Shown here: piece after piece, positions 9,066 through 18,327 of the stretch
Numbering within the stretch: the first letter of the stretch is position 1
Layout of the letters: each line of letters opens with the position of its first letter
Assembly (NCBI GenBank): GCA_024231215.1
Contig: JAAEQR010000142.1
Span: 36,593-100,592 of the forward strand
DNA length: 64,000 nt
Direction of reading: 5' to 3'
Origin: PVC group bacterium
GTDB taxonomy: Bacteria; Omnitrophota; Gorgyraeia; B26-G9
Notes under the pieces: generated by a model
What the model saw: the letters and a program-made list of their open reading frames with translations, nothing else
Database searches by the model: none
Told to the model about the DNA's origin: nothing
Translations under genes and position numbers: made by a program

Positions 9066-10316
9066 GTGAACTGCAAACGAAATGATTTATTCATATTGAC
9101 TTATTGCTTAATAATATTATTGGCTTTCCAAGCAAACGTGTTGGGGTACGGACTTACTGGTGCAAAATGGGCGGAGAGTGATTTCCCGGTCTCTTATTAT
9201 ATAAATCAAAGCGGTTCTGCCGATATTAGTGATGATAGTGAACTTACTGCAATCCGAACTTCTTTTCAAACCTGGACGAATGTTGCTGGAACAGATGCCA
9301 CGGTATCCGATCAGGGATTAACCGCAATTGAAGGAGGTGCTGGATATTCTAGTACTTACGATAGCTATAATGTTCTTTCCTGGGCAGAAGCTACAGGCAC
9401 AGCTTATACCATTGTTGAAGGTGCTCTTGCGGTTTGTATAACCTGGTACAATGTCGGAGGGACAGGATATATCTATGATTCAGATATAATTTTTAATGGG
9501 GTTGATTATACATGGACAACCACCGCTGTAGGCGGCGCAATGGACGTGCAAAATATCGCTACACATGAAATAGGACATTTTTTTGGACTAGGCGACTTGT
9601 ATGATGCAGCTGATTCTGAGAAAACTATGTATGGATACGGCTCAGCTAATGAAACTAAAAAAAGAAATTTACATGAAGATGATGTTAATGGAATAGCTTA
9701 TTTATATCCTTATGCCGGAATCCTTAATTTTAGTGCTAATAGTATTGGCTTGGCCGATAGCAGCTGGAATGTCTTAAGTTGGACAAATCCCCAAAAATCC
9801 ACATTTACAAAAACAATGATACGTTATCGCACCGATGGAGTTTACCCCACAAGTATCATCGAAGGAACACTGCTGGTAGAAAGAGCCGGAACAGTAAGCG
9901 CAACAGAAACTTATAATCATACAAATGTCAAAGCCAACACGACATACTATTACACAGCTTTTGCTTATGATTCAGTAAACGGATATAGGGAGACAGGTAT
10001 AACAAGTAAAGAAAGCGCTACTGTTTTTGGTGGCGGTGGAACAAGCGGAACAAGTAATAGCGAACGAAGCGATTGTTTTATAGCGACAGCTTGTTATGGT
10101 GATTATCATGCGCGGGAAGTATTAATATTACGCAAATTCAGGGATACTTGTTTATCCAAGGTCCAATCAGGAAGACAGTTTATTCAATCTTATTACCTGG
10201 TAGGCCCACACTTGGCCACAATAATTAATAATAACCCTAGCTTAAAAGAATTTGTACGAGCATATTTACAGCCAATTGTTAATATGGCTGAGTATTTTAC
10301 CACAGGAGGGCGCTAA
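9066..10316 (+). CDS. Matrixin-like (M10) metzincin protease with Fn3-like domain and CFI-box-CTERM domain
   Basis: Signal peptide; DSDIIFN; DVQNIATHEIGHFFGLGD zinc motif; Met-turn KTMY; Fn3-like LSWTNP...TYYYTAFAYD; Gly/Ser linker; CFIATACYG...EVLILRKFRD...YYLVGPHLA. GTG start with GGAGG RBS. Confidence 0.85.
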   Translation: MNCKRNDLFILTYCLIILLAFQANVLGYGLTGAKWAESDFPVSYYINQSGSADISDDSELTAIRTSFQTWTNVAGTDATVSDQGLTAIEGGAGYSSTYDSYNVLSWAEATGTAYTIVEGALAVCITWYNVGGTGYIYDSDIIFNGVDYTWTTTAVGGAMDVQNIATHEIGHFFGLGDLYDAADSEKTMYGYGSANETKKRNLHEDDVNGIAYLYPYAGILNFSANSIGLADSSWNVLSWTNPQKSTFTKTMIRYRTDGVYPTSIIEGTLLVERAGTVSATETYNHTNVKANTTYYYTAFAYDSVNGYRETGITSKESATVFGGGGTSGTSNSERSDCFIATACYGDYHAREVLILRKFRDTCLSKVQSGRQFIQSYYLVGPHLATIINNNPSLKEFVRAYLQPIVNMAEYFTTGGR

Positions 10317-10318
10317 TA

Positions 10319-11287
10319 ATGTTGAACAAATTTGGGCTATATATTTTTCTAATAACACTTGTTATACTGTTATCTATCTCCAGCTGTTTTGCGGCTGAAG
10401 GAGGCACTAGGCCTATTTCTATGGGAGGAGCGTTTGTTGCTATGGCTGACGATGCGCATGCAGCAACCTGGAATCCTGCAGGCATGGCATGGCAGGAAGA
10501 CTTTGAACTGAGCTATTCCGCTATTCTTACCAATAGAGATAAGTATATCAGCGGTGATTTTATCACCGACGATTATTTTGTTATATGTTCTCCTTTGAAA
10601 TCAGGGTATAAGCAAAATTTTGAATCACGTGGGGCATTTGGCATTTATTATCAGACGAGTGGATATCAACAAAACAGTACTGATACAAGTATAACTCAAC
10701 CAGGTATTTCGTATGCCCGAACAATGTTTGAAGATAACTTTGCTATAGGTATTGGAGCTAGCTACTATGATTTTGAGGTTGGTATTCCCGGAGCTAGTGA
10801 TAATGATACAGCTTTAAGTTATAATCTCGGATTTCTATGGTATCTCAATGATAAGATAACTCTGGGCTGTTTATGGGAAAACCTTAATGAACCATCCTAT
10901 TCTATTTTGGGCCTGGATAATCGGCTAACAAGAATATGGCGTCCGGGTGTTGCTTATTATTTTGATGAAGATACTGTTGTATCATTGGATATTTATGATC
11001 TTACGGGTAATACTGAAGACAAGGGTAGTGATTTTAGCCAGGATATCCGCATTGGATTTGAACATTATATGAAAGAGGATTTTTCAATACGTTTTGGCGC
11101 ACACCATCCTAATTCTAGTGTTGATTCTAGTAAATACTATTCTTTTGGAATGGGTTGGCAGCGTTCAGACTTTCTCGGAATGTACGCAGTGAATTATTAT
11201 CTAGATTATGGGTTTATATACTGGACAGATGTTCCAGCAGGCATGGAAGATTATATCCATCAATTAGGAGTAACATTAAAATTCTAA
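10319..11287 (+). CDS. PorV/PorQ/FadL-like outer-membrane beta-barrel
   Basis: Signal peptide, GGTRPISMGGAFVAMADDAHAATWNPAG N-terminal motif, alternating beta-strands, terminal Phe (GVTLKF). Confidence 0.75.
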   Translation: MLNKFGLYIFLITLVILLSISSCFAAEGGTRPISMGGAFVAMADDAHAATWNPAGMAWQEDFELSYSAILTNRDKYISGDFITDDYFVICSPLKSGYKQNFESRGAFGIYYQTSGYQQNSTDTSITQPGISYARTMFEDNFAIGIGASYYDFEVGIPGASDNDTALSYNLGFLWYLNDKITLGCLWENLNEPSYSILGLDNRLTRIWRPGVAYYFDEDTVVSLDIYDLTGNTEDKGSDFSQDIRIGFEHYMKEDFSIRFGAHHPNSSVDSSKYYSFGMGWQRSDFLGMYAVNYYLDYGFIYWTDVPAGMEDYIHQLGVTLKF

Positions 11288-11289
11288 AA

Positions 11290-12084
11290 ATGAAGAAAAA
11301 AATTACTTCTATAATATGTTTTGTAGTCATAATCTTTAATGCAGCCTTTATTCTTTTTTGTGTAAATAAACTAGTTGGCATTCGACAGGATCGTGTGATT
11401 ATACGAAAAGAAATAGCAGAATTAGCACGAGAAGATCAACTGATACTTCCTTCTAGTAACCCAACTTTCCCTGAGGATATCTCCATAGATCAAAACAAAG
11501 TGCTTGTTAAGGCTACTGCTTCGTTAACCCCAGACATTCCATTAAAATTGCTTGGTATTATTCAAGGCTCAAAAAACAAAGCAGTTATTGAGCTAATTAA
11601 TGAGAAAACCAATGTCATTTATAGTGAAGGCGATAAAATAGGCAAAATTCTAATTCAGAAAATATTTAAAGATAAAGTATTATTAAATATTCATGGAAAC
11701 ATTTATACGCTTGCGTTTGAAAACAGCCTTCCAGTTGAAGGAGAATTAAAAGTCCGATATTTATCTGACAATGAATTGCTTTTAAATAAAAAAACTCTTA
11801 GCTCTCACGTCCTTGATTTTGCAGGTGAAGCTAATAAATTGAAAATATCAAAAGCTGTAAATAAACAGGGGAAGGGACTAAAAGTCAGTCATATTCCACA
11901 GGACGGTTTAATTAGAGAATTAGGTTTACGTAATGATGATGTAATTAGAACCATTAACGGGATGCAAGTTGATAGTGTTCCTAAAGTTCTGTTCATAATG
12001 AACAAGTTAAAATCAACCCGCCTTATAGAGCTGGGTATAATTAGAAATGACCTGCCTTTGATGATGAAATATCAACTAATATAA
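11290..12084 (+). CDS. GspC-like type II secretion protein with PDZ domain
   Basis: TM anchor, HR domain (LKLLGIIQG...AVIE...YSEGDKIG), C-terminal PDZ (GLKVSHIP...LGLRNDDVIRTINGMQV). ATG 11290 preferred over 11155. Confidence 0.75.
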   Translation: MKKKITSIICFVVIIFNAAFILFCVNKLVGIRQDRVIIRKEIAELAREDQLILPSSNPTFPEDISIDQNKVLVKATASLTPDIPLKLLGIIQGSKNKAVIELINEKTNVIYSEGDKIGKILIQKIFKDKVLLNIHGNIYTLAFENSLPVEGELKVRYLSDNELLLNKKTLSSHVLDFAGEANKLKISKAVNKQGKGLKVSHIPQDGLIRELGLRNDDVIRTINGMQVDSVPKVLFIMNKLKSTRLIELGIIRNDLPLMMKYQLI

Positions 12085-12096
12085 CCAGCCTCCAGC

Positions 12097-12125
12097 TTGA
12101 CATCTTTCTAAATATATGTTATAAT
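12097..12125 (+). promoter_or_regulatory. Sigma70 promoter (perfect consensus)
   Basis: TTGACA-17bp-TATAAT with extended -10 TG. Confidence 0.75.
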
Positions 12126-12201
12126 TAATCCGAAGGTAAGTGTTTTTTTGCCATATAATTAAATACTTTTATAATTGACATAATAATGGGCGAGGGACAC
12201 C

Positions 12202-12390
12202 ATGAATAACAATAATCTTTTTATTCAGAGACGGTTTCAGGTGCAGAAAGATTCTGGTAGCGTTCATTTTATGGGATCTATCTATATTGCTTATTATTTC
12301 TATCTCAACAGTGAATTATATGTCTCTAAATATGCCTTATGCATAAAGTTTACGAAAAAGGAATCAGAACTTAAACAATTAATGAGCTAA
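12202..12390 (+). CDS. Possible small hypothetical protein (62 aa)
   Basis: Only ORF between the perfect promoter and the terminator; GAGGG upstream; no recognisable homology. Confidence 0.3.
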   Translation: MNNNNLFIQRRFQVQKDSGSVHFMGSIYIAYYFYLNSELYVSKYALCIKFTKKESELKQLMS

Positions 12391-12419
12391 CTTTATATAT
12401 TGCAATAGTTTTAATTTTT

Positions 12420-12448
12420 AAAGCTTCTCAAAAAGAGGAGCTTTTTTT
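12420..12448 (+). terminator. Rho-independent terminator
   Basis: AAAGCTTCTC-aaaaa-GAGGAGCTTT stem-loop followed by a T run. Confidence 0.7.
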
Positions 12449-12449
12449 A

Positions 12450-12478
12450 TTGACATTTTTGCCCAATCCTAGTAAAAT
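12450..12478 (+). promoter_or_regulatory. Sigma70 promoter for the M16 peptidase-rpe...gpsA operon
   Basis: TTGACA-17bp-TAAAAT. Confidence 0.65.
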
Positions 12479-12485
12479 TATACTC

Positions 12486-12609
12486 TAGCGTTGTTGCAAA
12501 ACGCATATCTACTGCGTTACGTGCTCGCTCGCTTGTGCGATGTACAAACGAGTACGTCTCCGCGCGTGTTCGCACAAGCCTTGCATAGATACATTTTGCA
12601 ACAACGCTA
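12486..12609. mobile_element. MITE/REP-like palindromic element (124 bp)
   Basis: Perfect 16-bp terminal inverted repeat TAGCGTTGTTGCAAAA (12486-12501) / TTTTGCAACAACGCTA (12594-12609); internal perfect 10-bp IR GCTTGTGCGA/TCGCACAAGC; TA at both ends; GC-richer than flanks. Confidence 0.7.
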
Positions 12610-12635
12610 ATTTATAGCTAGGAGTGTTTAAAAGT

Positions 12636-13922
12636 ATGTATAAAAGTTCTGTTTTACCGAGTGGTTTGCAAGTTATCAGCCTGACTGATAAGAGAGTAAG
12701 TTCTGTTTCGATTGGAATTTGGATAGGAGCTGGTAGTCGTTATGAATCTGCGAAAGAAAATGGGGTTTCTCATTTTCTGGAGCACCTTGTCTTTAAGGGA
12801 ACTAAAAAAAGAACCTATCGTCAGATAAAAGAGTCCATTGAAGGAGTCGGAGGAATTCTTAATGGATTCACGGCCGAAGAACTCACTTGCTATTTAGTGA
12901 AAGTTATTGCTGGACATATGGATACAGCAATAGATGTTTTAATGGATATTGTGGTTAATCCAAGGATAACCCTCAGAGACATAGAAAAAGAGCGGCATGT
13001 GGTCTTTGAGGAAATAAAAATGTACTATGATCTGCCTAGACACCTGGCTTACGATAAACTAGTGCAATTACTTTGGCCTGCGCATCCTTTAGGCCGAAAT
13101 ATCGCCGGAACCTTTGATACGTTAAAAAAAATGTCCAGAAAAGATATTCTCAGCTATAAAAAATCACATTATAGTTTGAAGAATATAGTTATTTCCGCTT
13201 GCGGAAATATTACTCACGAAGCTATTTTACAAAAGGTAAAAAAGTTTCTTCGTAATAATCCGATAGATGTTACGGCGAGAATAGATAAACCCGTGTATAA
13301 GCCTGTAAATTTCGCGCAAAAAGAAATGCAAACTTGTTTTTTGACTAAAGATATTGAACAAACCCATTGCTATTTAGGGGTACATGCTTTGCATCGAAAC
13401 GACCCCTTACGACACGCATTGACAATTCTTCACATTATTTTGGGAGCTAATATGTCAAGCCGCCTCTTCAATGAAATCCGGGAAAAGAAAGGACTGGCTT
13501 ATGATATTGGCACTGGCATAAAGCGTTTTAGTGATACCGGAGCTTTTGTAGTTCATGCTGGTGTTAAAAAAGAAAAAACAGAAGATACTCTGAGGGTTAT
13601 CCTTAAAGAACTAAAAAAAACTTGTCAGTACAAAGTAACTAGCGAAGAATTTACTAGAGCACGTGCGTATTATACAGGACAGATTCTTATGGGAATAGAA
13701 GATACCCTTGAGCATATGCTTTTCATGGGAGAATCGTTAATGATTGATGGTGCAATTAAAAACATAAAGCAGATCATTAGAGAAATTGAGAAAGTAAGAC
13801 CTGAGGATATACAAAAAGTTGCTAGATTAATATTTATAAAAAATAATATGAACTTGGCTGTTGTCGGTCCTTTGAAAAAAAGGCAGGCTAAAACAATCAA
13901 AACAATTCTGGATGGGTTTTAA
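12636..13922 (+). CDS. M16 family zinc peptidase (pitrilysin/MPP-beta-like)
   Basis: GSRYE, GVSHFLEHLVFKGT (HxxEH), LNGFT, SSRLFNEIREKKGLAY. ATG 12636 follows AGGAG. Confidence 0.92.
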   Translation: MYKSSVLPSGLQVISLTDKRVSSVSIGIWIGAGSRYESAKENGVSHFLEHLVFKGTKKRTYRQIKESIEGVGGILNGFTAEELTCYLVKVIAGHMDTAIDVLMDIVVNPRITLRDIEKERHVVFEEIKMYYDLPRHLAYDKLVQLLWPAHPLGRNIAGTFDTLKKMSRKDILSYKKSHYSLKNIVISACGNITHEAILQKVKKFLRNNPIDVTARIDKPVYKPVNFAQKEMQTCFLTKDIEQTHCYLGVHALHRNDPLRHALTILHIILGANMSSRLFNEIREKKGLAYDIGTGIKRFSDTGAFVVHAGVKKEKTEDTLRVILKELKKTCQYKVTSEEFTRARAYYTGQILMGIEDTLEHMLFMGESLMIDGAIKNIKQIIREIEKVRPEDIQKVARLIFIKNNMNLAVVGPLKKRQAKTIKTILDGF

Positions 13923-14574
13923 TATGAAAAAGAACAATATTCTTATTGCACCTTCTATTCTTTCGGCTGATTTTAGCCGACTAGGGGAAGAAGTATGTTT
14001 GATCGAAAAAGCTGGAGCTGATTTAATTCACGTTGATGTTATGGACGGTCATTTTGTACCTAATATAACAATTGGTCCATGTGTTATTTCAAAACTAAAG
14101 AACAGAACAAAGCTTCCGTTAGATGTTCATTTAATGATTAAAGACCCGTTGTTTTTTCTAAATGACTTTATTAAGGCAGGAAGCTCTATTATTACTGTGC
14201 ATAGTGAAGTCTGTACACTATCTGTACTAAAAAAAATTAAAAAAATCTTGACCAAAAATAAGGTTAAGATGGGAATATCAATCAATCCCGGGACACCTTT
14301 AAAGAAAATATCTGGGGCTTTAAAATTAGCAGATATGGTTTTAATAATGAGCGTGCATCCCGGTTTTGCGGGACAGTCTTTCATGGATTGTGTGATTCCT
14401 AAAATAAGCAAACTTCGGCAGGTATACAAAGGCGATATTGAAGTCGATGGCGGGATTACAAATAAAACCGCCCCTTTGGTGCTTAAACAGGGAGCCAATA
14501 TTCTGGTCGCCGGCTCATTTATTTTTTCCGCTAAAAACAAGAAAAAAGCTATAGAAAGTTTAAAAAATGCATGA
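13912..14574 (+). CDS. rpe: Ribulose-phosphate 3-epimerase
   Basis: IAPSILSADF, IHVDVMDGHFVPNITIG, DVHLM, MSVHPGFAGQ, EVDGGI. Start may be 13924. Confidence 0.96.
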   Translation: MGFNMKKNNILIAPSILSADFSRLGEEVCLIEKAGADLIHVDVMDGHFVPNITIGPCVISKLKNRTKLPLDVHLMIKDPLFFLNDFIKAGSSIITVHSEVCTLSVLKKIKKILTKNKVKMGISINPGTPLKKISGALKLADMVLIMSVHPGFAGQSFMDCVIPKISKLRQVYKGDIEVDGGITNKTAPLVLKQGANILVAGSFIFSAKNKKKAIESLKNA

Positions 14575-15955
14575 TATTAAGTTTGGAACAGATGGATTCA
14601 GAGGTATAATTGCCGAAGATTTTACTTTTTTAAATGTAGCACTTATTGGAAAAGCTATTGCTTATTATATGCGCAAAACAAAAAGTAAAACATATCAAAA
14701 GGGGTTGATCGTTGGATATGATCGTCGGTTTTTATCGGATAAGTTTGCGCAATGTATTAGCAAGGAAATAAGTGATGACGGAGTACCGGTACTACTTACA
14801 GATACCCCGGTTTCTACTCCGGCGGTAAGTGCTTACATCCGTTCTGAAGGACTCCTTGGAGGTATTATTATTACAGCCAGTCATAATCCGCCAAATTTCA
14901 ACGGAATAAAAATAAAAAATGAATTTGGGGCATCCGCAGAAAAATTTGTAACAGAAGAACTAGAGAGGTATATATCTTCAAACAAAACATTAAAGACAAA
15001 AAAAGTAAAAGCAGCTAGTATTAAAAAAGTGAAAATAATATCACCGTATATTAAGAGTATAAAAAAATACTTGGATTTTGAGCTATTGAAAAAAAACCGG
15101 TTTAATGTCGTGGTTGATGCAATGCATGGGGTAGGGCAAGGACTTGTTGAGGAAACGCTTAAAAATACCGGGTGCAAAGTAACTAGTTTGAATTCTACTC
15201 ATGACCCTCTTTTTGGCGGAGTTAATCCAGAACCAATCGCTGTGAATTTACCAGGATTAATAACCTATGTGAGAACCAATCGCTGTGATTTGGGCATAGC
15301 TTTGGACGGGGACGGCGATCGCGTGGGAGCTATGTGCCCAGACGGAAGATTTATAAATTCACATTATGCTATTTGCCTTATACTTATACATTTAATAGAA
15401 AACAGAAAATGGACAGGTAGAGTATTGAAAAGTATCAATACCACAACCATGGTCGATAAAATCACCCAGCATTACAATTTAAAATTAGAAGAGGTTCCCG
15501 TCGGTTTCAAAAATATCGCCTCAGAGATGCTAAAAGGAGATGTGTTATTGGGGGGAGAAGAGTCCGGTGGAATAGGTTTTAAAAATTATATGCCGGAACG
15601 GGACGGTGTGCTTTCCGGACTATTACTGCTGGAAATGATGGCGTATCGCAAACAATCTATTTTAAAAATTATCCAGTACATCGAAAAACGTTTTGGCAAA
15701 TATGAATACTTGCGTCGTGACCTAAAACTTAAACGAAAATTATCGTTGTCAACGATTAAGCAGCCACGATCTATCATCAAGAAAAAAGTCGTAGATATTA
15801 AAACATATGATGGGATAAAATTCATACTTGAAGATGAAAGCTGGCTTATAATCAGAGCTTCTGGGACAGAACCAATTGTACGTATTTATGCTGAATCCGG
15901 CACGTTAGAACAAACCCGGAAACTTATTGATTTTGGATGTAGGCAAGTATTATGA
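14567..15955 (+). CDS. Phosphoglucomutase/phosphomannomutase family protein
   Basis: FGTDGFRG, ITASHNP, DGDGDR, GEESGG, RASGTEP. Confidence 0.93.
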   Translation: MHDIKFGTDGFRGIIAEDFTFLNVALIGKAIAYYMRKTKSKTYQKGLIVGYDRRFLSDKFAQCISKEISDDGVPVLLTDTPVSTPAVSAYIRSEGLLGGIIITASHNPPNFNGIKIKNEFGASAEKFVTEELERYISSNKTLKTKKVKAASIKKVKIISPYIKSIKKYLDFELLKKNRFNVVVDAMHGVGQGLVEETLKNTGCKVTSLNSTHDPLFGGVNPEPIAVNLPGLITYVRTNRCDLGIALDGDGDRVGAMCPDGRFINSHYAICLILIHLIENRKWTGRVLKSINTTTMVDKITQHYNLKLEEVPVGFKNIASEMLKGDVLLGGEESGGIGFKNYMPERDGVLSGLLLLEMMAYRKQSILKIIQYIEKRFGKYEYLRRDLKLKRKLSLSTIKQPRSIIKKKVVDIKTYDGIKFILEDESWLIIRASGTEPIVRIYAESGTLEQTRKLIDFGCRQVL

Positions 15956-17742
15956 AAAAAGAATTCATTAGAAACTTCTGTGTTATTGCGCATATTGATC
16001 ATGGGAAATCTACTTTAGCCGACCGTCTGATTGAGCTTACCAAAACAGTCCAAGAAAGGGAAATGCATGAGCAGCTGCTTGATAGTATGGATCTGGAAAA
16101 GGAACGCGGAATTACAATTAAGGCCTCTGCAGTAAGAATGATTTATGAAGCGGCTGATGGAGAAAAATATCAATTAAATCTTATTGATACCCCGGGACAT
16201 GTTGATTTTAGTTATGAAGTTGCTAAATCCATTTCTGCCTGTGAAGGGGTTTTGCTATTAGTTGATGCCGCACAGGGAGTTGAAGCGCAAACCGTAGCGA
16301 ATTTTTATTTAGCGCTTGATCAGGATTTGAAAATAATTCCGGTTATTAATAAGATTGATTTAGCGCATGCTAATCCGGAAGTAATACAACATCAGATCCA
16401 GGATGTTCTTTTAGTCGATGAAGAACCGTTACTAGCCAGTGCAAAAACCGGAACTGGAATCCAAGAGATTATGGAAGCTGTAGTAACCAAAATCCCTCCA
16501 CCAAAAGGAGACAAAAAAAGCTCTTTACAGGCACTAATATTTGACTCTAAGTTTGATAATTATCGAGGAGTTATTGTATATGTGCGAATAGTAAATGGCA
16601 AGATTGAGCCTAAAATGAATGTAAAATTCATGGATTCAGGAAAAATTTACGAGGTTTTAGAGACTGGGATTTTCAACCCTCAGCCGCAAAAAGTAGATAG
16701 CCTTTCTTGTGGAGAAGTAGGTTATATTTGCTGCAACATAAAAGACCCCAAGGAAGTACTCATTGGAGATACTGTAACCACAGTTAAAAACTCAGCACAA
16801 GAACCACTGCCTGGATTCAAGAAAATTAGTCCGCTTGTATTCTGCGGACTTTATCCCGTCAATAGCAAGGATTTTGATGGGTTGCGCGATGCCTTAGATA
16901 AACTAAAACTCTCTGATGTTGGATTTATTTTTGAACAGGAGAGCAGTCCATCATTTGGATTTGGTTTTCGTTGTGGTTTTTTAGGTTTGTTGCATATGGA
17001 TATTATTCAAGAACGACTAGAAAGAGAATTTGAGCTTGATCTGGTAGCAACTACACCAAGTGTTGTCTATAAAATAATCTTAAATAACGGAGAAGAACTT
17101 GAAGTTGACAATCCTTCAAAATTTCCCGATCCGAGTAAAATAGCCTATATTGAAGAACCCTATATAAAAGCGTTTATGATTGTACCACATGATTCTTTAG
17201 GTTTGGTTATCAATCTTGCACAAGCAAAACGAGGTATTTATATTAGCAAAGAGTTTTTAGACCAACAACGCATGATGCTTACTTATGAAATGCCTTTATC
17301 TGAGGTCATTATTGATTTTTACGACAAGTTAAAATCTGTAACTCGCGGTTACGGATCTTTAGATTATGAACTTATAGATTATCGTGTGACAAAATTGCTA
17401 AAGCTGGATATATTAATCAACGGAGAATTGTGTGATGCGTTATCTTTTTTAGTCCATACTGAGGGTGTTCAATATAAGGGGCGGCAGGTAGTTAGTAAAT
17501 TGAAAGAACTCATTCCCCGTCAGCTTTTTGCTGTAGCTATCCAAGCAGCTATTGGTTCTCGAATTATTGCCCGAGAAACAGTGAGGGCCATGGGGAAAAA
17601 TGTTACAGCGAAATGTTACGGCGGCGATATTAGCAGAAAAAGAAAACTTTGGGAAAAACAAAAAATGGGCCGCAAAAGAATGAAACAATTTGGAAAAGTT
17701 CAGATTCCACAGGAAGCATTTAGAGCGGTCCTTAAAATCTAA
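15952..17742 (+). CDS. lepA: Elongation factor 4
   Basis: AHIDHGKSTLADR, DTPGHVDF, GFRCGFLGLLHM, KCYGGDISRKRKL. Confidence 0.98.
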   Translation: MKKEFIRNFCVIAHIDHGKSTLADRLIELTKTVQEREMHEQLLDSMDLEKERGITIKASAVRMIYEAADGEKYQLNLIDTPGHVDFSYEVAKSISACEGVLLLVDAAQGVEAQTVANFYLALDQDLKIIPVINKIDLAHANPEVIQHQIQDVLLVDEEPLLASAKTGTGIQEIMEAVVTKIPPPKGDKKSSLQALIFDSKFDNYRGVIVYVRIVNGKIEPKMNVKFMDSGKIYEVLETGIFNPQPQKVDSLSCGEVGYICCNIKDPKEVLIGDTVTTVKNSAQEPLPGFKKISPLVFCGLYPVNSKDFDGLRDALDKLKLSDVGFIFEQESSPSFGFGFRCGFLGLLHMDIIQERLEREFELDLVATTPSVVYKIILNNGEELEVDNPSKFPDPSKIAYIEEPYIKAFMIVPHDSLGLVINLAQAKRGIYISKEFLDQQRMMLTYEMPLSEVIIDFYDKLKSVTRGYGSLDYELIDYRVTKLLKLDILINGELCDALSFLVHTEGVQYKGRQVVSKLKELIPRQLFAVAIQAAIGSRIIARETVRAMGKNVTAKCYGGDISRKRKLWEKQKMGRKRMKQFGKVQIPQEAFRAVLKI

Positions 17743-17763
17743 CTGTAAACAAAGGATAAACCT

Positions 17764-18324
17764 ATGTATTTTAAATTAAAATCGTTTTTCCAGAAACATT
17801 GGCCAATTATTCGCGAGTACGGAGAATCTTTGCTTATAGCATTTGTATTGGCTATGATTATACGTACTTTTATTGTACAAGCATTTAAAATACCTACTGG
17901 ATCAATGATCCCTACTTTAATTGAGGGAGATAGAATATTAGTTAATAAGTTTATTTACAAATTTCGCGATCCGGAAAATGGAGAAGTAATTGTTTTTAAA
18001 TATCCGGAGGATCCTAAAATTGATTTTATTAAACGTCTGATTGCTTCGGAAAAAGAAACACTTGAGATAGAAAACGGAAGAATTTATTTGAACGGAGAAC
18101 AAACCAAAAACCCAAACATAAATGCACGTTTTTATTATAATCGAGGGCCTTACGGACAAATTGGACAAGCTATTGATATTCCTGAAGAAAACTATTATGT
18201 ACTCGGGGACAATAGTAAAAATAGCCGCGATTCACGATATTGGGGATTTGTGCCTAAAAAAAACATGGTCGGTAAAGCGATAGTTATATATTGGCCTCCG
18301 CACCGCATTAGGATTATTGAATAA
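17764..18324 (+). CDS. lepB: Signal peptidase I
   Basis: IPTGSMIPTL, FIKRLI, GDNSKNSRDSRYWG; follows lepA. Confidence 0.96.
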   Translation: MYFKLKSFFQKHWPIIREYGESLLIAFVLAMIIRTFIVQAFKIPTGSMIPTLIEGDRILVNKFIYKFRDPENGEVIVFKYPEDPKIDFIKRLIASEKETLEIENGRIYLNGEQTKNPNINARFYYNRGPYGQIGQAIDIPEENYYVLGDNSKNSRDSRYWGFVPKKNMVGKAIVIYWPPHRIRIIE

Positions 18325-18327
18325 ACT

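Noticed and set aside
11155-11289. Extended N-terminus for the GspC-PDZ ORF
   Set aside because: It overlaps the barrel gene by 133 bp; ATG 11290 gives a normal basic N-terminus plus TM anchor.
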